Shown here: positions 1 through 6,488 of the stretch, piece after piece
How the letters are laid out: each line of letters starts with the position of its first letter
How positions within the stretch are numbered: position 1 is the stretch's first letter
Assembly: GCA_964247135.1 (NCBI GenBank)
Contig: CAXTTL010000178.1
Location: 1 to 10,186 of the forward strand
Reading direction: 5' to 3'
Source: an uncultured Deinococcales bacterium
GTDB lineage: Bacteria; Deinococcota; Deinococci; Deinococcales; JAAFIG01
Length of the DNA stretch: 10,186 nucleotides
Notes under the pieces: generated by a model
The model's input: only the letters and a program-made list of their open reading frames with translations
What the model was told of the DNA's origin: nothing
The model's database searches: none
Translations under genes and position numbers: made by a program

Positions 1-919
1 CAAGGCGTTCTCGCCAACTTTGCGGCGCGAGCACCTCAAGAGAGTCGATAAACTCGACCAGAATTTCCCAGGCGAATGCCTCGGCAACCAGATTGAGTTT
101 GCCGCAGATAAAACCTTGATCTTGCGTGTCCCAGAGAATTTGGGCATGTGGTTGATTCCGTAATCGAAACTCGAGCGAGGGTTTTGCTTTTGCCTTGATA
201 CGCACCGTGAACCACAATTCAGGCACGTTGGCGCGAGCTTCAAAATCCTGAAGCCAGGCTTGCCAGTGGTGTTTTAAAACAAAATCTTTTGGGTACTCAA
301 AAACGTCAAGTGGGTTTGCCAATTCGATTCTCGAGGCGCGAAAGGTTCGGATGCCTGTTGGCGTTCCAGCGATCAGATACCAGACGCTGGCTTTGACCAC
401 CAAGCCCAGCGGTTCGATGCGGCGTTTTGAACTCGAGCCATTGGTTTTGAGGTACCTGATGTCCAAACGCTGTTGCGCCTCGAGTGCGCGTTGCAACACG
501 CCCAGCGTTGGCACTGGTTCGCGGGCGGGCGTCCACTTTTCGGCATCGATCAACAGACGTTCGCGCAGGCGTTGAAATTTGGCTTGGCTCGAGCGCGGCA
601 GTGATGCAAGCAATTTGAGGAGTGCCTGTTCGGTGGGCGGGTTGAAACCCAAGTCCGCCACTGGCACACCCGCAAACAACAAAGCGCTCGCCTCATCGTT
701 ATTCAAGCCCGTCAAATCGCTGCGGTAGCCCTCGAGGAGTTCGACACCGCCGCCAGGTCCTCTGGTGGCGACCACGGGCACTCCAGCCGCGTTCAGGGCA
801 TCCAGGTCACGGTAAATGGTGCGCTCGCTGACCTCGAGTTGCAGCGCCAAGCGTTGCGCCGTGGTTTTTCCAAGGCTTTGCACGGTCAAGAGGATGCTCA
901 AAAGGCGATCTGCCCGCAT
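1..919 (-). CDS. YafY/PafBC-like helix-turn-helix + WYL domain transcriptional regulator (3' end runs off the window)
   Basis: Manual translation from ATG at 919 gives MRADRLLSILLTVQSLGKTTAQRLALQLEVSERTIYRDLDALNAAGVPVVATRGPGGGVELLEGY (typical HTH_11 N-terminus), then RRIEPLGLVVKASVWYLIA...IRTFRASRI (WYL domain motifs). The frame stays open to base 1, so the ORF track missed it. Confidence 0.95.
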   Translation of the reverse strand, partial: MRADRLLSILLTVQSLGKTTAQRLALQLEVSERTIYRDLDALNAAGVPVVATRGPGGGVELLEGYRSDLTGLNNDEASALLFAGVPVADLGFNPPTEQALLKLLASLPRSSQAKFQRLRERLLIDAEKWTPAREPVPTLGVLQRALEAQQRLDIRYLKTNGSSSKRRIEPLGLVVKASVWYLIAGTPTGIRTFRASRIELANPLDVFEYPKDFVLKHHWQAWLQDFEARANVPELWFTVRIKAKAKPSLEFRLRNQPHAQILWDTQDQGFICGKLNLVAEAFAWEILVEFIDSLEVLAPQSWRERL

Positions 920-925
920 GGGAAC

Positions 926-931
926 AGACTA
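926..931 (-). promoter_or_regulatory. -10 element (TAGTCT) of a probable leaderless promoter for the WYL regulator
   Basis: TANNNT hexamer exactly 6 nt upstream of ATG 919, with no Shine-Dalgarno. This is the geometry of Deinococcus-type leaderless genes. Confidence 0.6.
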
Positions 932-936
932 GCAAA

Positions 937-961
937 ATTCCTGACAGCAGGTGTCAGGAAT
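937..961. promoter_or_regulatory. Palindromic operator ATTCCTGACA-N5-TGTCAGGAAT, probable binding site of the adjacent WYL regulator
   Basis: Perfect 10-bp inverted repeat with a 5-bp spacer, lying between the two divergent -10 candidates (926-931 minus, 969-974 plus). Confidence 0.75.
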
Positions 962-968
962 AGCCATT

Positions 969-974
969 TAAGCT
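969..974 (+). promoter_or_regulatory. Candidate -10 element (TAAGCT) for the SRPBCC gene
   Basis: TANNNT just downstream of the operator; purine-rich RBS (GAAAGAGGGAAG, 1001-1012) before ATG 1016. Confidence 0.45.
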
Positions 975-1015
975 GAATTCAGACTCGAGCGTTCGGGTCG
1001 GAAAGAGGGAAGATC

Positions 1016-1477
1016 ATGCTTAAAATCCGATTCGAGAAAACCTTCAGTCACAGCCCAAGCGTCGTTTTTGCAGCCTTCACAGATTCAAAGCTCAAATCCA
1101 AATGGGATACCGAAGTCATTACAGAACACCTCGAGCCGAGCAAACCGATGCGGGTCGGTTCAAAACTCTTTCAAACCCGTCAATTTATGGGGCAGCGCAT
1201 CAAGAGCGTTGGCGTGGTACACGAACTCGAGCTTGACCGATTGCTGGTCATCAACGAAGCCCCAGGCGAACAACATGCCCGTGGTCGAATTGAACTCGAG
1301 CCAGTCTCGGGCAGCGGTTGCAAAATGGTCAAATACTTTGAATTGGACGTTCCAAAGTTGATTGCGCCGCTCGTGGCGTTTGGTATTCGCCAAAGCCTAA
1401 AAAGCCGCTACCGCAACCTCGAGCGTTTGCTGGACGCCCAAATCACAGCCTCGAGGTTGGTCACGACTTCAATTTAA
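1016..1477 (+). CDS. SRPBCC (START/polyketide cyclase-dehydrase-like) family ligand-binding protein, 153 aa
   Basis: Size and pattern (FEKTFSHSPSVVFAAFTD...KWD; PMRVGSKLFQTRQFMGQRI; C-terminal helix NLERLLD) match SRPBCC proteins. RBS present. Its stop overlaps the convergent gene's stop in TTAA 1474-1477. Confidence 0.8.
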   Translation: MLKIRFEKTFSHSPSVVFAAFTDSKLKSKWDTEVITEHLEPSKPMRVGSKLFQTRQFMGQRIKSVGVVHELELDRLLVINEAPGEQHARGRIELEPVSGSGCKMVKYFELDVPKLIAPLVAFGIRQSLKSRYRNLERLLDAQITASRLVTTSI

Positions 1478-2874
1478 GCGCGGTGCTCTTTGGCGGCGTG
1501 GGCGCTCATGCCAAATTGCGGCAGGCTGGCGCTGGCATTCTCGAGAATCACCCGTGAAAGTTCGGCGAGGCTTTTGCCGCCAGATCGCACGTCCATTTTC
1601 AAGTTGGCGCGAAGTTCCGACAATGTGACCTCATCCAGCATGGTTTCGGTGCCGTACCGCAGGGTGCTGGGCGAGACCAGCAGCAAATCGGCTTCGGCGG
1701 GTTTGATGCCGTGCAAAAAGCAGCGCCCCGTCAGCAAGCCTGCCACGGTGGTCGGTTCGCCGAAGGTTTTGTTGTCAATTGCCCTGACCTCAATCTCCAA
1801 ACCCTGAATCGCTCGCAGTGGTTCAACCGCCAGCTCGAGCACGGGCGCGAACAGCGTTCCAGTGCCAAGAATTACTTTGGTCGCTGGAACAGACAATGGC
1901 AATTCTGGCAGCGGTTCGCTTAAAAAATCCCTGACCATGCCCACGCCATTCTCGAGCATCGGATAACCTTCATACGCCTCTTCGGGCGGTAACGGATACC
2001 CCGCCAGAATGTAAAACTCGTCGCTCGGGAAAATGAAGCGCGTGCCGCGCTCCTCGAGCATTTTTTTCTGCCAGACGTGTGCACGGTTTAAGACATCTCG
2101 GGCTTGTTCTTTGTTGAATGGGCGCAAGCTTGGCAGGTTGCGGCGGTGTTCGGTCAAACCCACAGGCACGCACGCCACGGATTGCACGTTGGGCAAACTC
2201 GAGAGGTACTCGATGGATTCATCAAAATGTTCACCGTCGTTGCGTCCTGGCATCAGTACGAGTTGAGTGTACAAATCGATTGGCTCGAGGCGCTTTAACG
2301 CATCTTGAATCTTGGTGGCGTTCTCGTCTTTGACCTTTAACTTCCACCACTTCATCATGTCGGAACGCAAATTTTGATCGGTGGCATGAACGCTGACGTA
2401 CAACGGCGAGAGGTTCTCCGAAAGAATCCGGTTGAAATCGTCGTCGGTTAAATTGGTCAATGTGACAAACGAACCGTACAAGAACGACAGACGGTAATCG
2501 TCGTCCATGATGTACAGACTCTTGCGAAAACCTTTGGGCATTTGATGCACATAACAAAACTCGCATTTGTTGGCGCAAAGTTTAATGCCGTCAAACAGCA
2601 CCTCGGCAAACTCGAGACCAGGGTCTTCCCAGGAAACCTCAAACTCGAGGATTGCCCCAGCCTCGGTTTTGACCTCGAGCTTCACATCGCCGCGCTCGAG
2701 TTCGCGGCGGTAGGCGATGATGTCGGTGATCGCATTGCCGTTGACACGGTGCAGGGCATCGCCCGCCTTCACACCCGCTTTGAACGCCGCCGAACCGTCC
2801 TCGACCCTCGAGATTAATGCAGGATGGATGGACTGAATTGTTTTGTTGAACTCGAATGACAGCACGAAAACCAC
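1474..2874 (-). CDS. DUF512-family putative radical SAM Fe-S protein with N-terminal PDZ domain (TIGR03279-like)
   Basis: PDZ-like N-terminus (VEDGSAAFKAGVKAGDALHRVNG), CxxxCxxC motif CANKCEFC followed by YVHQMPKGFRKSLYIMDDDYRLSFLYGSFVTLTN, SPLYVSVHAT, SDEFYI, YPMLENGVG, TVAGLLTG. The start may be GTG 2865, which has an AAGGTGG RBS 5 nt upstream, rather than GTG 2874. Confidence 0.92.
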   Translation of the reverse strand: MVFVLSFEFNKTIQSIHPALISRVEDGSAAFKAGVKAGDALHRVNGNAITDIIAYRRELERGDVKLEVKTEAGAILEFEVSWEDPGLEFAEVLFDGIKLCANKCEFCYVHQMPKGFRKSLYIMDDDYRLSFLYGSFVTLTNLTDDDFNRILSENLSPLYVSVHATDQNLRSDMMKWWKLKVKDENATKIQDALKRLEPIDLYTQLVLMPGRNDGEHFDESIEYLSSLPNVQSVACVPVGLTEHRRNLPSLRPFNKEQARDVLNRAHVWQKKMLEERGTRFIFPSDEFYILAGYPLPPEEAYEGYPMLENGVGMVRDFLSEPLPELPLSVPATKVILGTGTLFAPVLELAVEPLRAIQGLEIEVRAIDNKTFGEPTTVAGLLTGRCFLHGIKPAEADLLLVSPSTLRYGTETMLDEVTLSELRANLKMDVRSGGKSLAELSRVILENASASLPQFGMSAHAAKEHRA

Positions 2875-2898
2875 CTTTCCCTAAAAGGGCAACGGAAT

Positions 2899-2904
2899 AG
2901 TGTA
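2899..2904 (-). promoter_or_regulatory. Candidate -10 element (TACACT) for the DUF512 gene
   Basis: Near-consensus TANNNT in the short gap between the methyltransferase stop and the DUF512 start. Confidence 0.45.
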
Positions 2905-2929
2905 GCGCAAGAAGGGGTTCTGGGAAAGG

Positions 2930-4105
2930 TCAAAGGTTACTCGAGGTTGAGGAAGACTCAAAGAAGTTGTTCTGTATCGGAGATATTGGCTGATAAAAAC
3001 TGGGTAAGATTCTGGCGTTTGCTCCCTCGAGCGTCTGTTTCAATTGCTGTCCCAGGACATGAGCCAGTCGGACTGGAACAGCATTTCCAATTTGACGCAT
3101 GGCTTCAGTCCAAGCACCTTCAATTTGGTAATGTTCGGGAAAAGTTTGAATTTTTTTGGCTTCAAAAACCGTTAAGTAACGTACTGTTCCATCATCAAAC
3201 CGAATCATGTTCTCTCCACCAGGCACGCCATGATCGCCCGCTTTTAGGGTCTTAGAAACCCAATCAAGTACGCTCCCAGTATGCCCAGAATAACTCCGAG
3301 CACCATCTCTGAAAACATGATCCACAATGCCATGATCACATTGTGGATCTGGAACGCCTTCTAATACATCTCTGATCGTTAGCCAAGGGCGTAAATTGCT
3401 CGCCATTCGAGCCTGTTCGTTGAAGATTGCTGCCAGATCATGACGCTTCCAGTAATCACCGCTCACGTTCATGTCGTACAAAAGTTGCACTCGAGAATGT
3501 GTGGGCTTGGGAAAAGACCAGTTGAGACCGAGATCTGAACGCAAACCAACAATAAAAACCCGTTCGCGCTGTTGTGGAACGCCATAATCTGCGGCGTTCA
3601 GCAGCGAAAAGTGTACACCATAGGTCAAACCCGAATACGGTTGATGTTGTAGTTTGCGCAACTCGAGCAAATGCTGTTTCCAATCTGGCACATGCCAAAC
3701 GGCTTGTGGGTAAGTAAGTCGCAAGCGAATGTACTCGAAGTAATCTGCAAACGAAGTTCGAAGCAATCCTTTGACGTTCTCAAAAATAAAAGCTCGAGGG
3801 GCGAGGGTTTCAATGGCTTTGATAGCTTGCGGAAATAAATCTCGTTCGTCCTGATCTGCACGGTGTTTGCCACCCAGCGAAAATGGCTGACAAGGTGGAC
3901 CACCCGCGACAAGATCAACAGAATCGAATCTCGAGAAATCAAAATCCTGGACGTCGCCATGAAAAACCTTAGTAGATTCAAAATTCTGTTGCAACGTCGC
4001 ACTCGCATGTTTGTTACGCTCTACCAATGCGACATGCTCAAATCCTGCCAGTGACAATCCTGTGGCAAGCCCACCTGCGCCCGAAAAAAGCTCGAGGGAT
4101 TTCAT
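2930..4105 (-). CDS. DNA (cytosine-5)-methyltransferase, M.Eco29kI-like (predicted CCGCGG)
   Basis: Motif I LELFSGAGG, catalytic motif IV GGPPCQPFS, motif VI FENVKGL, motif VIII YGVPQQRERVF, motif X QIGNAVP. Coupled to the endonuclease gene by an ATGA overlap (4102-4105). Specificity is inferred from the partner enzyme. Confidence 0.95.
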   Translation of the reverse strand: MKSLELFSGAGGLATGLSLAGFEHVALVERNKHASATLQQNFESTKVFHGDVQDFDFSRFDSVDLVAGGPPCQPFSLGGKHRADQDERDLFPQAIKAIETLAPRAFIFENVKGLLRTSFADYFEYIRLRLTYPQAVWHVPDWKQHLLELRKLQHQPYSGLTYGVHFSLLNAADYGVPQQRERVFIVGLRSDLGLNWSFPKPTHSRVQLLYDMNVSGDYWKRHDLAAIFNEQARMASNLRPWLTIRDVLEGVPDPQCDHGIVDHVFRDGARSYSGHTGSVLDWVSKTLKAGDHGVPGGENMIRFDDGTVRYLTVFEAKKIQTFPEHYQIEGAWTEAMRQIGNAVPVRLAHVLGQQLKQTLEGANARILPSFYQPISPIQNNFFESSSTSSNL

Positions 4106-4752
4106 GACTGTACCTCGAGCGCTTCAAAATAGGTTGCAATACGTTCAAAAATCTGGTTTTCAGCATTTGCAGTTCCGAGGCATTTTTCTGCCCAAGCCCT
4201 GCCCGTATGAATCACATCCCAATCCGATTTGGCTTGTTGATAACGCCCACGTCCAGGATCATGATTACCAAAACCGTCGAGTGTTGTGTTCCATAATGGG
4301 CGATGCCATTGAATCAATGCTGCTTCAATTGTGCCAATCATGTCGGAACTACTGTCTTCAAAAATCATAAACCGACACGCAAAATCTCCAAGTTCGAGAT
4401 TTGAAACTACTTCGAGGTTTCGTTGATGTTCCCGTAACCGATTGCAAAGTTCTCTGGATTGTTGCGCCAAGCTCGAGGTTCTGGATTGTCGCCAGCCCTT
4501 TGGAACAGCCTTTCCAACATAAATTGGATTGTTGTACGCCAAGCGATTGAGTTCACCGTATTTGCTGTAAATGCCCATCGTCCCTGTGTAATAGAGGGCG
4601 TACACTCCAGTCCCAAGAAACGTTGCGGTAAATGGAAAAGTATGAACCGGTGTGCCATTAAAAAACCGAATTGCGTCTTTAACAAGCTCAACAAACGCAT
4701 CGTTTGTATAAAGATGTTGAATTCGATCAAAGGCTTGAGCTGTTCTAAACAT
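4102..4752 (-). CDS. Eco29kI-family GIY-YIG type II restriction endonuclease (predicted CCGC/GG)
   Basis: GVYALYY and PIYVGKAVP (GIY-YIG hairpin), NRLREH, TIEAALI, PLWN, GFGNHDPG, SDWDVIH. From recall it is closely collinear with R.Eco29kI, and the catalytic Tyr/Tyr/Arg/His/Glu/Asn equivalents all appear present. Confidence 0.93.
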   Translation of the reverse strand: MFRTAQAFDRIQHLYTNDAFVELVKDAIRFFNGTPVHTFPFTATFLGTGVYALYYTGTMGIYSKYGELNRLAYNNPIYVGKAVPKGWRQSRTSSLAQQSRELCNRLREHQRNLEVVSNLELGDFACRFMIFEDSSSDMIGTIEAALIQWHRPLWNTTLDGFGNHDPGRGRYQQAKSDWDVIHTGRAWAEKCLGTANAENQIFERIATYFEALEVQS

Positions 4753-4761
4753 TCCGTTGAC

Positions 4762-4770
4762 AGCGTATCA
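4762..4770 (-). promoter_or_regulatory. Candidate extended -10 promoter (TGaTACGCT) for the R-M operon
   Basis: TGn+TANNNT ending 9 nt before ATG 4752, with no convincing SD, implying a near-leaderless transcript. Confidence 0.4.
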
Positions 4771-4898
4771 TGACCGACAAAAGGCAGGAAGTTTAACCCA
4801 AATTTTGTAACTTTTCTAACGCTATGGCACGCTTGTTATTCAAAATGGTCACATTGCGCAATCCTCGAGCCGCCTGCATGACACGTTCAAAAAAACCT

Positions 4899-4920
4899 GT
4901 GACGCTCCAGTGACGCTCCA
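4899..4920. repeat. Perfect 11-bp tandem direct repeat (GTGACGCTCCA)x2, probable transcription factor site
   Basis: Seen directly. It lies immediately upstream of a TAAACT -10 candidate (4926-4931) for the lipoprotein gene. Confidence 0.65.
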
Positions 4921-4941
4921 AATTCTAAACTCCGTTCGTTC

Positions 4942-5001
4942 CTCGAGCAGAGGAAACCCGAACTTGAAAGACCCTGACTTTTACAGTTTGGGTTTCTCGA
5001 G
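4942..5001 (+). other. Long imperfect inverted repeat / hairpin bounded by two CTCGAG sites, in the probable 5' UTR of the lipoprotein gene
   Basis: GAAACCCGAACT (4953-4964) pairs with AGTTTGGGTTTC (4985-4996; one G-U). An inner stem TGAAAG/CTTTTA closes a 7-nt loop. CTCGAG at 4942 and 4996. Confidence 0.6.
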
Positions 5002-5023
5002 CGGGCATTTCATGGAGGTTTTT

Positions 5024-5461
5024 ATGAAAAAAGTTGTTCTTGGTTTGGCTTTGCTCGCTGCGACACTGACCGCCTGCCCTGGAGGCGGCGTTGGCGGGGC
5101 AAACACCATTTCTGGCGCTTTGCAGTTGCCGGCGGGCAAGGCGTTCTCGGCGGCGATCACACTGCAAATCGTGGGGTGTTTTATCGAAGCGAACACCTGC
5201 ACCAACAGCAATCCCAACAACAAGACTGTCAATATCAGCGCCAAAAAGGGTGATACTCAAGTGCCTTTTACCCTCAGCGATCTGAAAGCAGGTAACTATT
5301 TTGTGGTGCTGGTCGATAGCAGCGGTCCAGTCGGTGGTTATATCGACAACGGTGAACAATTTATTGCTGTGACCCCGCCAAAAACCGATGTCAAAGTGAC
5401 GATCAAACCCTCATTGCTGCAAGGCAAAACGCCGTTTCAAACCATGTCAATCACACCTTAA
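5024..5461 (+). CDS. Small lipoprotein of unknown function (145 aa), probably beta-rich
   Basis: GGAGG RBS at 5014-5018, then ATG 5024. MKK + hydrophobic stretch + lipobox LTA-C, followed by a Gly-rich linker and a Cys pair (CFIEANTC). The ORF track's start at 4910 is over-extended. Confidence 0.85.
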   Translation: MKKVVLGLALLAATLTACPGGGVGGANTISGALQLPAGKAFSAAITLQIVGCFIEANTCTNSNPNNKTVNISAKKGDTQVPFTLSDLKAGNYFVVLVDSSGPVGGYIDNGEQFIAVTPPKTDVKVTIKPSLLQGKTPFQTMSITP

Positions 5462-5467
5462 GACAAG

Positions 5468-5508
5468 AAAATCTCTCGAGCCAGGTTTTGAATGGCTGGA
5501 GAGATTTT
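5468..5508. terminator. Probable bidirectional intrinsic terminator between the convergent lipoprotein and psuG genes
   Basis: AAAATCTCTCGAGCCA / TGGCTGGAGAGATTTT inverted repeat (15 of 16 paired), 9-nt loop, A4/T4 ends. Confidence 0.75.
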
Positions 5509-5523
5509 GATTCCAGACGTAAC

Positions 5524-6429
5524 CTAAAAGTTCGAGCGTAATTTTGCTAGCGCCACCGCAATCTCGCCGCCCAACCGCGCATTTTCGCGCAACAAAATTC
5601 CGTTCACGCGGTCTGTCTCGCCGTTTGAAAGGCTCGAGAGTCGCCGCAGCAAGAACGGTGTCAGGGCTTTGGCATTCACACCTTCGCGCCGCGCCTCGTG
5701 GTTGGCGGCTTCGACCCAACGTTCGACTTGATCAAAAGGCAGTCCTTCGCTGACGGGGTTCGCCACCAGTATCGCTTGGTGCAAGCCAAAATCGTGCGAT
5801 GCCAGAAACGCGCTGGCAATCTCGAGTGGCGTGTCGAGTTGCGCCGCCACCGAAAATGGGCTGTGCGGTGTGTGAAACGCGGGCAGGCTGGCGGTTTTAT
5901 AGCCGATCACCGCAACGCCCAGCGTCTCGAGGCGCTCGAGGGTGGCGTGAAGGTTGAGAATGCTTTTCGCGCCAGCGCAGATCACAATGATCGGCGTGCG
6001 AGCCAGTGCAGGAAGGTCGGCGCTTTCGTCGAAGGCATCAAAATGCACGCCGCCGATGCCGCCCGTGGCGAAGACATCGATGCCCGCCAGTCGCGCCAAG
6101 TGTGCGGTTGCCGCCACCGTTGTGCCGCCGTGCGCTTTTTTCGCCACAATCGCGGGTAAATTCCACAGACTGACTTTTTCGATGCCGCCTCGCGCCATCA
6201 ACTCGAGTTGCGCGTCATCGAGTCCAACATGCACCCGACCCTCGAGCAGTGCAATGGTCGCAGGAATCGCCCCCGCGCTGCGCACCTCAGCCTCGAGTTG
6301 ATGCGCCGTCTCGAGGTTGAGTGGGTACGGCAAGCCGTGCGAGATCACGGTACTCTCGAGCGCCACCACGGGTTGTTTGTTCTCGAGGGCGGTTTTGACT
6401 TCTGGATGGTACATCAGTTTGGGGTTCAT
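5524..6429 (-). CDS. psuG: Pseudouridine-5'-phosphate glycosidase (PsuG/IndA family)
   Basis: Family motifs PVVALESTVISHGLPYP, GGTTVAAT, FATGGIGGVH, DESADL, CAGAKSILN (Schiff-base Lys region), TPFLL, NARLG; 301 aa. Confidence 0.95.
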   Translation of the reverse strand: MNPKLMYHPEVKTALENKQPVVALESTVISHGLPYPLNLETAHQLEAEVRSAGAIPATIALLEGRVHVGLDDAQLELMARGGIEKVSLWNLPAIVAKKAHGGTTVAATAHLARLAGIDVFATGGIGGVHFDAFDESADLPALARTPIIVICAGAKSILNLHATLERLETLGVAVIGYKTASLPAFHTPHSPFSVAAQLDTPLEIASAFLASHDFGLHQAILVANPVSEGLPFDQVERWVEAANHEARREGVNAKALTPFLLRRLSSLSNGETDRVNGILLRENARLGGEIAVALAKLRSNF

Positions 6430-6461
6430 AAATCACGTCTTTCGTGGAATCTCAAGCATCG

Positions 6462-6479
6462 GGCGCGAGGCTTCGCGCC
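6462..6479. other. GC-rich intercistronic hairpin GGCGCGA-N4-TCGCGCC between the permease gene and psuG
   Basis: 7-bp perfect stem. No U-tract follows on the minus strand, so it is more likely an mRNA stability/processing element than a terminator. Confidence 0.45.
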
Positions 6480-6488
6480 ACAGAAATT

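Noticed and set aside
2930-4752. Idea that the local methyltransferase generates or protects the CTCGAG repeats
   Set aside because: Both genes are Eco29kI-like (CCGCGG, 5mC). Nothing in the sequence suggests CTCGAG specificity, and a cognate restriction system would be expected to deplete its site rather than enrich it.
2890-4759. 9-bp inverted match CAACGGAAT (2890-2898) / ATTCCGTTG (4751-4759) flanking the R-M cassette as possible terminal inverted repeats
   Set aside because: It is short enough to arise by chance, one copy overlaps the endonuclease start codon, and there is no transposase or target-site duplication.
4853-4862. 10-bp perfect palindrome ATTGCGCAAT
   Set aside because: About ten 10-bp palindromes are expected by chance in 10 kb, and there is no independent support.
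2940-4869. CTCGAG sites at 2940 and 4864 as insertion junctions of the R-M cassette
   Set aside because: At one site per ~170 bp any segment is flanked by the motif, so this cannot be supported without an empty-site comparison.
4910-5023. N-terminal extension of the 183-aa ORF (start at GTG 4910)
   Set aside because: The signal peptide and a strong GGAGG RBS point to ATG 5024. The extension covers the promoter, repeat and hairpin.
5024-5461. Absence of CTCGAG in the lipoprotein gene as a sign of foreign origin
   Set aside because: The gene is short and has no Leu-Glu dipeptide, and its flanks carry four sites.
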